Shown in pieces: positions 33,024 to 43,370 of a DNA stretch of 54,854 bases. Source of the stretch: Candidatus Zambryskiibacteriota bacterium. GTDB lineage: Bacteria; Patescibacteriota; Minisyncoccia; Phycocordibacterales; Zambryskibacteraceae. Both the position numbers and the translations under genes were made by a program. The stretch's first letter is position 1, and each line of letters begins with the position of its first letter. Where the stretch lies: assembly GCA_016177225.1 (NCBI GenBank), contig JACOVQ010000009.1, positions 1 to 54,854 of the forward strand, read 5' to 3'. Under the pieces are notes generated by a model, which saw only the letters and a program-made list of their open reading frames with translations, was not told the origin of the DNA and did not search any database.

Positions 33024-33477
33024 GGGAATTGTTTTATCCGAGCGGCCGGTAAGAGAGGCGGATAGAGTTTACAACATTCTCACTCGCGATTTTGGCCTAA
33101 TGCGAGTGAGCGCGCTTGGTACGCGCAAGGAATCTTCCAAATTGCGCGGGCACATTGAACCGTTTTCGCTCGCCTACATTTCTCTGGTGCGCGGGAAAGA
33201 ACATTGGCGCGCCACTTCGGCGGAATATATTAGAAATATTCCAGCAACACCTAGTGTTGCAAGACCTCTCTCACTTTTAGAAAAATTGATACAAGGCGAA
33301 GTCTCTCATCCGGAACTTTTTGACGCTATTGAAGAATATTTAGAATCAGATGAGACTACTCTTGTCTCAAGAATTCTATTTCATCTTGGCTATCTTAAGG
33401 AGGAAGATTTAAATCTCGACAAAAAAGCTTTAATTAGAGCCATAAATGACGGATTGCAATCCAGTCATTTAGCATAG
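32998..33477 (+). CDS. recO: DNA repair protein RecO (short form)
   Basis: GIVL....READR...LT..FG...A.G.RK..SKL...EPF; TTG start. Confidence 0.8.
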   Translation: MSYQIYTTKGIVLSERPVREADRVYNILTRDFGLMRVSALGTRKESSKLRGHIEPFSLAYISLVRGKEHWRATSAEYIRNIPATPSVARPLSLLEKLIQGEVSHPELFDAIEEYLESDETTLVSRILFHLGYLKEEDLNLDKKALIRAINDGLQSSHLA

Positions 33478-33494
33478 TGTTACAATAAGTAAAT

Positions 33495-35414
33495 ATGAAT
33501 GATAAAGGGAAGAGTGAAATCGAGAAGCTCAATGAGACGCTTAATTCGCGGACTAGATTTGAAGAAACTAAAGACGAAAGGCATCAAGTGAAAGAACTCG
33601 ATGTGCCGAGCGTCCAAGAGAAGTGGCAAAGCCCGGAGCTCGATGAAATGCTCAAGAGCGAGCGCGAGGCACCGAGCCCCGCTTCTTTTGTGAGAAAAGT
33701 TTTTGTCTTCGCCGTTTTGTTTTTCATCGCCACCATTATCGTGGCGGGCTTTGTTTTTCTCGGCGGGGCAAACTTCGTTTCCTCCAAAAACGTCGAAGTA
33801 AATGTAATGGGGCCGACAATGGCCTCGGCTGGAGAAACGCTTGAATTGGGAGTGAGCATTGTCAATAAAAATAACGCCGACTTGGAAGTTTCCAATCTTT
33901 CCGCCCAGTATCCTCAGGGAGCGAGAAATCCGCAAAATTCATCACAAGCGCTTACTTTCGAAAAACAAGAATTGGGAGCCATCCGAGCCGGCGGAGAGAA
34001 AACGAAAAATGTCCGGGCTATTATTCTTGGCGCTATCGGCGACAAAAAAGAATTTAAATTCTCGGTCGAGTACCGGGTCAAGGGCTCTAACGCCACCTTT
34101 TATAAAGACAAAATCTTTGAAGTGGTCATTGGCGATGCTCCTCTCACTATATCCGTAGAAAGTCCGGAGAGAGTCACTTCCGGCGAAGAATTTCAGACCA
34201 AAATTTCCGTTACTTTAAACTCGCCGGATATTTTAAGAGACGTGGTGTTAAAAGCCGAATATCCATATGGTTATGCGGCGATAAGCTCTGCGCCGACCGC
34301 CGCGCAAGAAAATGTGTGGCTTTTGGGAGATATGTCTCCGGGCGATACCAAAACTATTATCATCAGAGGAAAGCTCGCCGGTCAAAATGAGGAAGAAAGA
34401 ACCTCGCGTTTTTATGCCGGAGTCTCCGACGGGAAGGGGGCGCGCAATTTAAGAATCGTATTGACCTCGATACTCAACACTGTAAGCATCAAGCGGCCAG
34501 CCATAGGACTCGACATTTTGCTTAACGGAGAATCGGCCGCAAGTTATGTCGTGCCGGCGGCAAGAAATATTTCTGCGGTGGCTAAATTTCAAAACAATTT
34601 GCCGGACAAACTTCTCGATCCCAGATTAGAGGTTCGTCTTTCCGGTTCCAACCTGAACAAATCTTCTATTTCGGCTTTTCAAGGCGGTTTTTACGATTCG
34701 CTTAATTCTAAAATTGTCTGGCAGATTACCAGCGCGTCAGGAGCTCAAGAACTTGCTCCCGGTGATAGCGGGCAAGTAAACTTTACCTTTGCTTCGCTGC
34801 CGGAAGGAGCTCCGGACTCAAATGCCGGCGATATTAAGCTGGATTTTGTGTTAAGTGGAATACCGGTCGATGCGCCAAGCGCCCAGACTGTCTCGGTTAA
34901 AGAATCGCGCTCGGTAAAAATAGCGTCACAGGTAAATCTTAGCGCCAAAGCCGTGCGTTCCAGCGGGCCGTTTACCAATCGCGGTTCTATCCCGCCTAAA
35001 GCGGAAAGGGAGACCACTTACAGCATTATTTTCAATCTGAAAAATACTTTGGGTAATATCGCGCCGGCTGTAGTGACGGCCAAACTTGGGCCGGGGGTCA
35101 AATGGATTGGGGCGGCGAGCGCTCCGGAGGAAGACATTTCATATAACTCATCTTCGAATACCGTAACTTGGGATTTGGGTACGCTCGCTTCAAGCTCGGG
35201 CTTCTCAGCCGCTTCGAGAGAAATAGCTTTTCAGGTCGGTCTGACTCCATCCACTTCGCAGATTGGTACGGCGCCTATTTTGGTCTCCGGAATAAATTTT
35301 CTGGGCCGGGAGACGGATAGCGGCGCTGACCTAAAGACGACTTCTTCCTCTCTAACCACCCGCCTGACGGCCGACCCCGCATTTATCCAAGGAGATGATA
35401 TAGTGGTAAAATGA
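33495..35414 (+). CDS. Large membrane-anchored extracellular protein with repeated beta-sandwich (DUF11-like) modules
   Basis: Single N-terminal TM, then repeated 'W.LG.L..G' and 'Y.I...N' beta-rich segments. Confidence 0.75.
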   Translation: MNDKGKSEIEKLNETLNSRTRFEETKDERHQVKELDVPSVQEKWQSPELDEMLKSEREAPSPASFVRKVFVFAVLFFIATIIVAGFVFLGGANFVSSKNVEVNVMGPTMASAGETLELGVSIVNKNNADLEVSNLSAQYPQGARNPQNSSQALTFEKQELGAIRAGGEKTKNVRAIILGAIGDKKEFKFSVEYRVKGSNATFYKDKIFEVVIGDAPLTISVESPERVTSGEEFQTKISVTLNSPDILRDVVLKAEYPYGYAAISSAPTAAQENVWLLGDMSPGDTKTIIIRGKLAGQNEEERTSRFYAGVSDGKGARNLRIVLTSILNTVSIKRPAIGLDILLNGESAASYVVPAARNISAVAKFQNNLPDKLLDPRLEVRLSGSNLNKSSISAFQGGFYDSLNSKIVWQITSASGAQELAPGDSGQVNFTFASLPEGAPDSNAGDIKLDFVLSGIPVDAPSAQTVSVKESRSVKIASQVNLSAKAVRSSGPFTNRGSIPPKAERETTYSIIFNLKNTLGNIAPAVVTAKLGPGVKWIGAASAPEEDISYNSSSNTVTWDLGTLASSSGFSAASREIAFQVGLTPSTSQIGTAPILVSGINFLGRETDSGADLKTTSSSLTTRLTADPAFIQGDDIVVK

Positions 35415-36553
35415 TGGAAAAAATCGTATCGCTATGCAAGCGCCGCGGGTTTGTTTATCCGAGTTCGGAGATTTACGGAGGCATTGCCGGTTTTTGGAAT
35501 TACGGACATTACGGCACTATTCTAAAAGAAAATATCAAGTGTCTCTGGAAGCAAAGATTTGTATTCGACCGAGAGGATATGTTTATGACTGACACTTCTA
35601 TCATAAGCTCTCCCAAAGTATTAGAGACTTCGGGACACGTCTCAACTTTCGGTAACGAGATTTTTGAAGTTGAAATCGGTACGGGCGGGGAAACGGCGAT
35701 TTCCCACCTGCGTCCTGAAACCGCGCAAGGCATCTTTACGGATTTTAAAAACTTGGTTGATACTCACCATCCCAAACTTCCGTTTGGCGTGGCGCAGATA
35801 GGCAAAGCGTTTAGAAATGAAATTTCTCCGCGCGATTTTATTTTCCGTTCACGAGAATTTGAACAGATGGAAGTGGAATATTTCACAAGAGAGAAAGAAT
35901 GGGAGAAGTATTTTGAAATATGGAGGAATATTGTAAATAATTTTGCGATTGAAATAAGCGTTAAAGTTCATGAGTTTGAAGTGCCAGAAGACGATAGAGC
36001 GCATTATTCCAAACGCACTATCGATTTCCAGTTCGATTATCCGTTTGGGCGTCAAGAATTATGGGGTCTCGCTTATCGCACCGACTTCGATTTGAAAAAC
36101 CACAAGCTTGATTATTTGGATGAAGAGAGTGGAGAAAAAATTACTCCTCATGTCATAGAACCATCCTTGGGAATAGACAGAACTATTCTTGCCGTCCTGT
36201 CCAGCGCGTATATGGAAGATGAATTGGGGGGAGAAGCAAGAACTTATCTAAAATTGCCTAAACAAATTGCTCCGGTGCGAGCGGCGGTTTTCCCGCTTTT
36301 GAAAAATAAGCCGGCATTAGTCTCGAAAGCGCGAGAAGTATATACAAATCTCAAATCTCAAATCTCAAATATAGAGTTCGACGACAATGGCAATATTGGC
36401 AAGCGCTACAGAAGACAAGACGAAATCGGTACGCCGTACTGCATCACTATCGACTTCGATACTCTTAAAGACAATACCGTAACGGTACGAGACAGAGATA
36501 CGGGAGAACAGGAGAGGGTAAAAATCGAAAATTTGAAAGAAAAGCTTCAATAG
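35411..36553 (+). CDS. glyQS: Glycine--tRNA ligase (alpha2 type), compact
   Basis: KRRGF..SSEIYGG, LRPETAQGIF, GKAFRNEI, REFEQME, VIEPSLG and IGKRYRRQDEIGTP. Confidence 0.95.
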   Translation: MMEKIVSLCKRRGFVYPSSEIYGGIAGFWNYGHYGTILKENIKCLWKQRFVFDREDMFMTDTSIISSPKVLETSGHVSTFGNEIFEVEIGTGGETAISHLRPETAQGIFTDFKNLVDTHHPKLPFGVAQIGKAFRNEISPRDFIFRSREFEQMEVEYFTREKEWEKYFEIWRNIVNNFAIEISVKVHEFEVPEDDRAHYSKRTIDFQFDYPFGRQELWGLAYRTDFDLKNHKLDYLDEESGEKITPHVIEPSLGIDRTILAVLSSAYMEDELGGEARTYLKLPKQIAPVRAAVFPLLKNKPALVSKAREVYTNLKSQISNIEFDDNGNIGKRYRRQDEIGTPYCITIDFDTLKDNTVTVRDRDTGEQERVKIENLKEKLQ

Positions 36554-36570
36554 GATAATCTAAGTCTCTC

Positions 36571-37842
36571 ATGAAATATAAAAAAACCACACTTCCCAAC
36601 GGGTTACGAATAATTACTGTGTCGACCAAAGGCAATCCGTCGGTAATGGTCATGGTCTCGGTTGAAACTGGCTCAAATTACGAAACTAAGGCGGAAAACG
36701 GCTTATCGCATTTTCTGGAACACATGTGCTTTAAGGGTACTGTCAAGAGGCCCAAGGCTTCAGACATTGCTCAAGAATTAGATAATCTTGGAGCGGAAAA
36801 TAACGCTCTTACTTATAATGAATGGACCAGTTACTACGCTAAAGCCGCCAAAAAACATTTCTTGAAACTTTTTGAAATTGTCTCCGACCTCTATCTTAAT
36901 CCGACTCTGCCAGCAAAAGACCTTGAAATAGAAAGGGGCGTTATTTTGCAAGAACTAAATATGTACGAAGATTTGCCTCAGAGAAAGGTTTGGGATGTCC
37001 TGTACAAACTGCTTTATGGCGATACGCCTGCCGGCAGAGCCATTATTGGCCCAAAAGGAAATATAAAGGGATTTAGTCGCAAAAATTTTGTTGACTATCG
37101 TGAGAAGCATTACGTAGCATCTAAGACTATTATTACGGTTGCAGGAGATTTCGATGAAAAAGAAGTGCTCAAAGAAACTAATAAATATTTTAGTAAAGTT
37201 AAAAGTGCCAAGAGGCTGAACAAATTACCGGTTAAACATAAACAAAATAAACCCGCACTTCTTGTTGAGCAAAAAAAGACAGACCAAACCCATATGGTCA
37301 TTGCCCTCCACGCTTTTGGCGCTAAAGACCGAAGATTGCCGGCGCTAAATATGATTGCCGAGATTTTAGGGCAAGGCATGTCTTCCAGGCTTTTTCACAG
37401 ATTGCGCGACGAAATGGGAGCCTGTTATTATGTCAAGGCTTTTACTGACGTATATACTGACCATGGACTTCTTGCCATCACTGTTGGCGTCGACCCTTCC
37501 AGAACAACAGAAGTGGTCAAGGCCGTTCTCGATGAATGTGATAAACTGTGCCGTTTTGCCGTTTCGGAAAGCGAGTTAAACAAAGCCAAGGAACACTATG
37601 TCGGGCATCTTTTTATGGACCTCGAAACTACTGATAGTATGGCAACATTCTATATAGAACAAGAAATACACACGACCATGCTGAAGTCGCCGCAAGAAAT
37701 AGAAAAAGAAGTCAGGAAAGTTACTTCACAAGATGTGATGAAGATAGCTAAGGGCATTTTTAGAAACGCGAACCTCAACCTGGCTATAGTGGGTAATATC
37801 TCCAACTCGTCTTCGATAAAGAAAATGTTATCATTTAACTAA
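36571..37842 (+). CDS. M16 family zinc peptidase
   Basis: GLSHFLEHMCFKGT (HxxEH) and SSRLF..LR. Confidence 0.93.
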   Translation: MKYKKTTLPNGLRIITVSTKGNPSVMVMVSVETGSNYETKAENGLSHFLEHMCFKGTVKRPKASDIAQELDNLGAENNALTYNEWTSYYAKAAKKHFLKLFEIVSDLYLNPTLPAKDLEIERGVILQELNMYEDLPQRKVWDVLYKLLYGDTPAGRAIIGPKGNIKGFSRKNFVDYREKHYVASKTIITVAGDFDEKEVLKETNKYFSKVKSAKRLNKLPVKHKQNKPALLVEQKKTDQTHMVIALHAFGAKDRRLPALNMIAEILGQGMSSRLFHRLRDEMGACYYVKAFTDVYTDHGLLAITVGVDPSRTTEVVKAVLDECDKLCRFAVSESELNKAKEHYVGHLFMDLETTDSMATFYIEQEIHTTMLKSPQEIEKEVRKVTSQDVMKIAKGIFRNANLNLAIVGNISNSSSIKKMLSFN

Positions 37843-37846
37843 CCCC

Positions 37847-38896
37847 ATGGAAGAAACCAAGAAAATTTCCATCACTCTGGGAAGCTGGGTCAAAGCGGCT
37901 TTGGTAGTGGCGGTGTTTTACGCGCTCTCTATTGTAAGCGGCTTAATCCTCGTGGTGGTGACGGCCATAGTGATTGCTTCGGCGATAGAGCCGGTGGCGG
38001 CTTGGGCCAAGCGAGAAAGAATTCCGCGCTTGCCGGTGGTCATTCTCGTTTATTTACTCTCTATTCTTATAGTGTCCGGATTATTCTACTTTCTATTATT
38101 GCCTCTTGTCGGCGATGTCGGTAATTTCATCAAGACCCTTACAATCTATTCCAACTCGGTTGTAAAAGGCGGTTTCTTGTCGGATATGTTTAAAACTCAA
38201 AACATTTTTGCCGGTCTTGATACGCCGATTATCATCAGAGAGATGAGCTCTTATCTCAACGAGTTCTCGCAGTTTCTTTCCCAAGGAGTTTTCTCAAGCC
38301 TCTCGTCTATTTTCGGCGGGGTATCAAACTTCTTCCTTATATTGATACTCTCATTTTATCTGGTAGTGCAAGAAGATGGTATCTCTAAATTCCTTAAAAT
38401 TATCACTCCTCTTAAGCACGAGTCTTACGTCATCAATCTCTGGAGGCGCTCGCAAGCCAAAATCGGCCGCTGGATGCAGGGACAAATTATCGCCTCCGTT
38501 GCGGTCATGATTCTTGCTTATATCGGACTGCTTATCGTCCGCGTGCCTCACGCCCTGTTGCTTGCCGTTTCGGTCGGCGTTTTTGACCTCATACCCATTT
38601 TTGGCCCCATCATTGCCGCTATTCCAGCTATATTTGTAGGCTTTATTTCTGGCGGGACTGTCATGGCTCTTACTGTCGGGGCAATATACCTCGTTGTCCA
38701 GCAGATTGAGAGTAACTTTATATATCCCCTAGTGCATAAAAAAATCGTGGGAGTGCCGCCAACCGTATCTATTATTTCCGTCGTGGCTGGCTGGGAACTC
38801 GCCGGCTTTCTTGGAGTAGTTATTGCCGTGCCGGTAGCCGCGGCCGTGATGGAAATGTTTTCAGATTTCGAAGAGCGCAAGAAGAATGTCCAATAA
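37847..38896 (+). CDS. AI-2E family transporter
   Basis: Multi-TM protein with IPIFGP, QQIESNFIYP and G..G...AVP. Confidence 0.88.
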   Translation: MEETKKISITLGSWVKAALVVAVFYALSIVSGLILVVVTAIVIASAIEPVAAWAKRERIPRLPVVILVYLLSILIVSGLFYFLLLPLVGDVGNFIKTLTIYSNSVVKGGFLSDMFKTQNIFAGLDTPIIIREMSSYLNEFSQFLSQGVFSSLSSIFGGVSNFFLILILSFYLVVQEDGISKFLKIITPLKHESYVINLWRRSQAKIGRWMQGQIIASVAVMILAYIGLLIVRVPHALLLAVSVGVFDLIPIFGPIIAAIPAIFVGFISGGTVMALTVGAIYLVVQQIESNFIYPLVHKKIVGVPPTVSIISVVAGWELAGFLGVVIAVPVAAAVMEMFSDFEERKKNVQ

Positions 38897-40304
38897 AAAA
38901 AGTTTTTATATAACCACTACTCTCCCATATGTAAACGCAGAACCGCATATCGGGTTTGCTATGGAATTAGTTCATGCTGATATCATTGCTCGCGCAAAAA
39001 GACTCCAAGGGTTTGAAGTATTTTTGAATACTGGTACGGATGAACATGGACAAAAGATTTATAAAGCAGCTCTTAATTCAGGCAAAGAACCACAAGAATA
39101 TGTTGATGAGTTATCTGATAAATTCGAGATTCTAAAGTTAGACCTTGGTCTGACTAATGATTTGCATTTTATCCGCACCACAGAAAACAGCCATCAGAAA
39201 GCCGCTCAAAAATTTTGGGAATTGTGTGAAAAGGCGGGCGACATATACAAAAAGAAATATAAGACAAGATATTGCGTGGGTTGCGAACTTGAAAAGACTG
39301 ATTCTGAAATTGAAAACAACCGCTGTATTCTACACCCGAATTTAGAACTTGAAATCAGGGAAGAAGAGAATTACTTTTTCAGATTTTCTAAGTATGGGCA
39401 AAAACTTCTGGATCTATATAACAATAATCCAGAGTTTGTCATACCCGATTACAGACTGAATGAAATTAAGGTTTTGATAAAGAAAGGTCTGGAGGATTTC
39501 TCGATATCGCGCCTTAAGGAAAAAATGCCTTGGGGTATTTCTGTACCGGGAGATAGCGAACACGTAATATATGTCTGGTTTGATGCTTTAGTTAACTACA
39601 TATCAACTCTCGGTTGGCCGGAAAATATAGCTCAATTCGAAAAGTGGTGGCCGGTGGTCCAGTTCGCCGGGAAAGACCAAGTGCGTCAGCAAGCCGCCAT
39701 GTGGCAAGCGATGTTAATATCAGCCGGATTAACTTCGTCAAAACAGATTGTGATTCACGGTTTTCTTAATTTTGGCGGCGAAAAAATGAGTAAGAGTTTG
39801 GGCAATTTTATAACACCTCAAGATGTTATAGGAAAATTCAAATTAGATGGTTTGCGTTATTTTCTCTCTAGAGAATTTAATCAATTTGAAGATACTGATG
39901 TAAGTTGGAATAAACTAAAAGAATTATATAATGCCAACTTGGCGAATGGCTTGGGGAACTTAGTTTCGCGTATTATGCAACTTGCTGAAACCAATTTGGA
40001 AGAGACACCCGAGCTTCCGAAAGAGGCTATACCACCCGAATTCTTCGCGTTTCTAGATAAGTATCAAATTAACAAAGCTACTAATTATATCTGGCAAAAA
40101 ATTGGAGAATTAGACGTCTTGATTCAAGAGGAAAAACCATGGGAATCTAAGAATAAAGAAGTGATTAGAGAATTAGTGCTTAAGCTCTATTCAATTGCTC
40201 GAATGCTAAACCCAATAATGACGGGAACTTCACTAGAGATTGAGTCGCTGATTAAGACTAATAAGAAACCGGAATATCCTCTTTTCCCGCGCATCAATGC
40301 CTAA
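38886..40304 (+). CDS. metG: Methionine--tRNA ligase
   Basis: YVNAEPHIG, GTDEHGQK, YVWFDAL, KMSKSLGN and LFPRI. Confidence 0.96.
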   Translation: MSNKKSFYITTTLPYVNAEPHIGFAMELVHADIIARAKRLQGFEVFLNTGTDEHGQKIYKAALNSGKEPQEYVDELSDKFEILKLDLGLTNDLHFIRTTENSHQKAAQKFWELCEKAGDIYKKKYKTRYCVGCELEKTDSEIENNRCILHPNLELEIREEENYFFRFSKYGQKLLDLYNNNPEFVIPDYRLNEIKVLIKKGLEDFSISRLKEKMPWGISVPGDSEHVIYVWFDALVNYISTLGWPENIAQFEKWWPVVQFAGKDQVRQQAAMWQAMLISAGLTSSKQIVIHGFLNFGGEKMSKSLGNFITPQDVIGKFKLDGLRYFLSREFNQFEDTDVSWNKLKELYNANLANGLGNLVSRIMQLAETNLEETPELPKEAIPPEFFAFLDKYQINKATNYIWQKIGELDVLIQEEKPWESKNKEVIRELVLKLYSIARMLNPIMTGTSLEIESLIKTNKKPEYPLFPRINA

Positions 40305-41061
40305 ATATTTTGATATCCATTCGCATCTGAATGCGTCTCAATATGATACGGATAGGGAAGAAATGATTGCGCGTATGCAAGAGAGCGGCACACACACAAT
40401 CATTGTCGGTACAGACTTAGAATCTTCGGAAAAAGCTGTTGAACTCGCCAGCAAATATCCGGAAATTTACGCCACAATAGGTATTCACCCCGTCGAAGAC
40501 ACTACCCGTGTCTTCGACGAGCCAACTTTTAGTAAACTTGCAACTCATCCAAAAGTGGTGGCGATAGGAGAATGCGGGTTTGATTTTTATCATGCCAAAA
40601 AAGATGAGGATTACGGAAGACAAAAAGAATTATTTTTAACTCAGATAGATTTCGCTCTTAAGCATAGCAAGCCTTTGATGATTCACGCTCGTAATGCATA
40701 TAAAGAATTATTGGAAATTTTAGAAAGTTTCAAAGGTCTTCGCGGCAATGTACATTTCTTTGCCGGAGATTGGAAAGTGGCTCAAAGACTTTTCGCTATC
40801 GGATTTACAATTTCTTTCACTGGAGTTATCACTTTTACTCACGATTATGACGAGGTAATCAAGCAAGCTCCTTTGGATAAAATTCTTTCTGAAACCGATG
40901 CTCCGTATGTCGCCCCGGTGCCATATCGAGGAAAAAGGAACGAACCGGCTTATGTCAATGCAGTGGTAAAGCGCATTGCGGAGATAAGAGGGGAGGATTT
41001 CGAGTTTGTCAGAGCCGCTCTTGTGAAGAATGCCTTGCGTATGATAGTGTATGAACTCTGA
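40297..41061 (+). CDS. tatD: TatD family hydrolase
   Basis: DIHSHL, GIHP, AIGECG.D, IH.R and ETDAPY..P.PYRGKRNEP. Confidence 0.93.
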   Translation: MPKYFDIHSHLNASQYDTDREEMIARMQESGTHTIIVGTDLESSEKAVELASKYPEIYATIGIHPVEDTTRVFDEPTFSKLATHPKVVAIGECGFDFYHAKKDEDYGRQKELFLTQIDFALKHSKPLMIHARNAYKELLEILESFKGLRGNVHFFAGDWKVAQRLFAIGFTISFTGVITFTHDYDEVIKQAPLDKILSETDAPYVAPVPYRGKRNEPAYVNAVVKRIAEIRGEDFEFVRAALVKNALRMIVYEL

Positions 41062-41503
41062 TGTTATCAGAGTTCATATGCAAATCTACGAGCTTTGTTA
41101 TCTAATTTTGCCAAGCGTCGCCGAAGACGCTATTTTAGGCACGGTGGAGAAAATAAAATCTCTGATAACCAATGAGCTTGGTGGAGAGATTCCGTTCAAA
41201 CATCCTCTCGCTTATTCGATTTCCAAAACCGTCGGTTCGAAGAAATATATTGTTGATGAGGCTTATATCGGCTGGATTAAATTTGAATCAGAACCGGCAA
41301 AAATTGGCGAGTTCGAGGCCGGTCTAAAAAAGATTTCTGAAATACTCCGCTTTCTTGTTGTCAAGGCTCCAAGGAAAACAGAATTTACTTTTGCTTTGGC
41401 AAAAGCGGCTATAGCTGCTAAAATTGCCGCAGAGAAGGAGAAAGAATCCGCCTCCGCTATAAGCTCCGGCGAGACGATGGAAGAAATTGTAGTGGTAGAA
41501 TAA
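41051..41503 (+). CDS. rpsF: 30S ribosomal protein S6 (alternative start 41078)
   Basis: YELCYLI.P, LAY.I and ILRFLVVK; rpsF-ssb-rpsR synteny. Confidence 0.88.
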   Translation: MNSDVIRVHMQIYELCYLILPSVAEDAILGTVEKIKSLITNELGGEIPFKHPLAYSISKTVGSKKYIVDEAYIGWIKFESEPAKIGEFEAGLKKISEILRFLVVKAPRKTEFTFALAKAAIAAKIAAEKEKESASAISSGETMEEIVVVE

Positions 41504-41507
41504 TGCT

Positions 41508-41960
41508 ATGTATTTAAATAAAGCCATTCTTGTAGGAAATTTGACTAGAGACCCGGAACTTCGCTCGCTTCCTTCCGGAGTGCAAATTGCTACTCTCGGT
41601 GTCGCCACTAACCGGGTTTGGAAGGATAAAAACGGGGCAAAGCAGGAATCTACCGATTTTCATAATATTGTAGTCTTTGGCAGACAAGCTGAGACGGTTA
41701 GCCAATATCTACGCAAAGGCTCGAGCGTGATGGTTGAAGGCAGGATGCAAACCAGAAGCTGGGACGGTAGTGACGGCACCAAGAAATATCGCACGGAGGT
41801 GGTGGCTGATAGAGTCCAGTTTGGTCCGAGACGCGACTCCAGCGGGGCTGGAGTCGCGAGCCCGATGGCACAAACGTCGAAGAACAATGATGAGCCATTA
41901 TCTTCAGACACCATCGACTACCCAGAAGAGAGCGTTAACGTTGAGGACATTCCATTCTAA
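41508..41960 (+). CDS. ssb: Single-stranded DNA-binding protein
   Basis: NKAILVGNLTRDPELR, VEGRMQTRSW and acidic DIPF tail. Confidence 0.97.
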   Translation: MYLNKAILVGNLTRDPELRSLPSGVQIATLGVATNRVWKDKNGAKQESTDFHNIVVFGRQAETVSQYLRKGSSVMVEGRMQTRSWDGSDGTKKYRTEVVADRVQFGPRRDSSGAGVASPMAQTSKNNDEPLSSDTIDYPEESVNVEDIPF

Positions 41961-41961
41961 T

Positions 41962-42165
41962 ATGCGTAAACAAAATTACTTTAAGGAAAATAAGATTGAA
42001 TACATAGACTATAAAGATGTCGAAACTTTGAAGAAGTTTATAACGCCTCATTCGAGAATTCAGTCCAGGAAGCGTTCCGGTCTGCCATCCAAAACAAACA
42101 GGCAAGTGGCTATGGCTATAAAAAGAGCAAGATTTCTCGGGCTACTTCCTTACGTTTCGAGATAA
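41962..42165 (+). CDS. rpsR: 30S ribosomal protein S18
   Basis: IDYKDVETLKKF and AIKRARFLGLLPY. Confidence 0.96.
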   Translation: MRKQNYFKENKIEYIDYKDVETLKKFITPHSRIQSRKRSGLPSKTNRQVAMAIKRARFLGLLPYVSR

Positions 42166-42175
42166 TTGTCTCGAA

Positions 42176-42736
42176 TTAAACACGGTCAGCATATTGACCT
42201 GTCTCTGTATTTACTCTAACCACGTCTCCTTCTTTGATAAACATCGGCACTTGAATTTCGGCGCCTGTTTCGAGTTCTACAGATTTGGTTGCGCCCTGGG
42301 CCGTATTGCCTTTGGTAGTGTCATGCGCTTCTATCACTTTGAGCTCAACTTTTATAGGAAGTTTGAGGCCAATTATCTTTTCATTGAATAACATTGCGTC
42401 AAGAATGGTGTTTAGCTTCAGAAACTTGCCTGTGCTTCCAATCATTTCTTCCGGCAACTGGAATCTTTTTGACGGGTCATTAGATTCACAAAACCAATAT
42501 TCACCTTTATTCGTGTAAAGATACTTAACCTCCTTTTTATCGATATCTGCTTCCTCGACTTTGTCGGAAACATGGAAAGAAACTTCGGTAATGCGACCGG
42601 TCACCAAATTACGAAGTTTTGTGGCATTCACCGGCTTCCTCTGTTGTTTGCGAAAAACATGCGAGCCGATCACTTCCCACGGTTCGCCTTCATAAATAAT
42701 ATATTTGTGCACTGTTACCTCACTGTATTCCAACAT
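42176..42736 (-). CDS. efp: Elongation factor P
   Basis: TKLRNL.TG, YLY, KGNTAQG..K...LETG..IQVPMFIKEGD...VNT.TG.Y. Confidence 0.92.
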   Translation of the reverse strand: MLEYSEVTVHKYIIYEGEPWEVIGSHVFRKQQRKPVNATKLRNLVTGRITEVSFHVSDKVEEADIDKKEVKYLYTNKGEYWFCESNDPSKRFQLPEEMIGSTGKFLKLNTILDAMLFNEKIIGLKLPIKVELKVIEAHDTTKGNTAQGATKSVELETGAEIQVPMFIKEGDVVRVNTETGQYADRV

Positions 42737-42809
42737 AGGGTATAAAATATAGCCTATTTAAGCCAGTTAGGCAAAACCAGCTTGATCGGTTTTACTTTAT
42801 AATGACTGC

Positions 42810-43370
42810 ATGGGTAAAGCTGGATACGAATACCTATTGGCTTATAAAATTACTGTGCCGATTTATGACTATACTGTAGAGTTCTGTAAAAGATATTTCT
42901 ATAAACTCTCTTCCAAAAGAACCCAAGATCAAATGGTGCAAGCGGCGCGTTCTGGCATGCAGAATCTTTTAGAAGGGAATCAACAGGCGAGTCTTGAGGG
43001 ATACATTAAGTTATTAGGAGTGAATTCTGCATCTCTGGAAGAACTTCTTCGGGACTATCTTTCTTATGCGAGGCAAAATAAAATACTTTTGTGGGAGAAA
43101 GCAAGGGTTATAGGGGAGGTCAGGGAGTTAAGGGAAGTATGGGAAATTTTGAAATCAAACTCAACTCTCTCCAACGCCCCCAACTTCCCCGATCTCCCTA
43201 AGGATGAGAATCAAACTCTGAACCTAATGGTTACTCTAGTTAACCAAGCGATTTATCTTCAGAAGAAGCTCAGAGTATCTCTCGAAAAGAAGTTTATAGC
43301 GGAAGGAGGATTTAGAGAAAAACTTTTCAAAAGAAGGATGGACTATAGGAATGGATCTAAGTTTCTTTAA
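42810..43370 (+). CDS. Four-helix-bundle protein (23S rRNA IVP-like, with suffix domain)
   Basis: [29 protein letters not shown] and F..EGGF.E.L. Confidence 0.8.
   Translation: MGKAGYEYLLAYKITVPIYDYTVEFCKRYFYKLSSKRTQDQMVQAARSGMQNLLEGNQQASLEGYIKLLGVNSASLEELLRDYLSYARQNKILLWEKARVIGEVRELREVWEILKSNSTLSNAPNFPDLPKDENQTLNLMVTLVNQAIYLQKKLRVSLEKKFIAEGGFREKLFKRRMDYRNGSKFL

Noticed and set aside
42810-43370. Diversity-generating retroelement (Avd-like gene)
   Set aside because: No reverse transcriptase and no TR/VR pair with adenine-specific mismatches were seen in the window.
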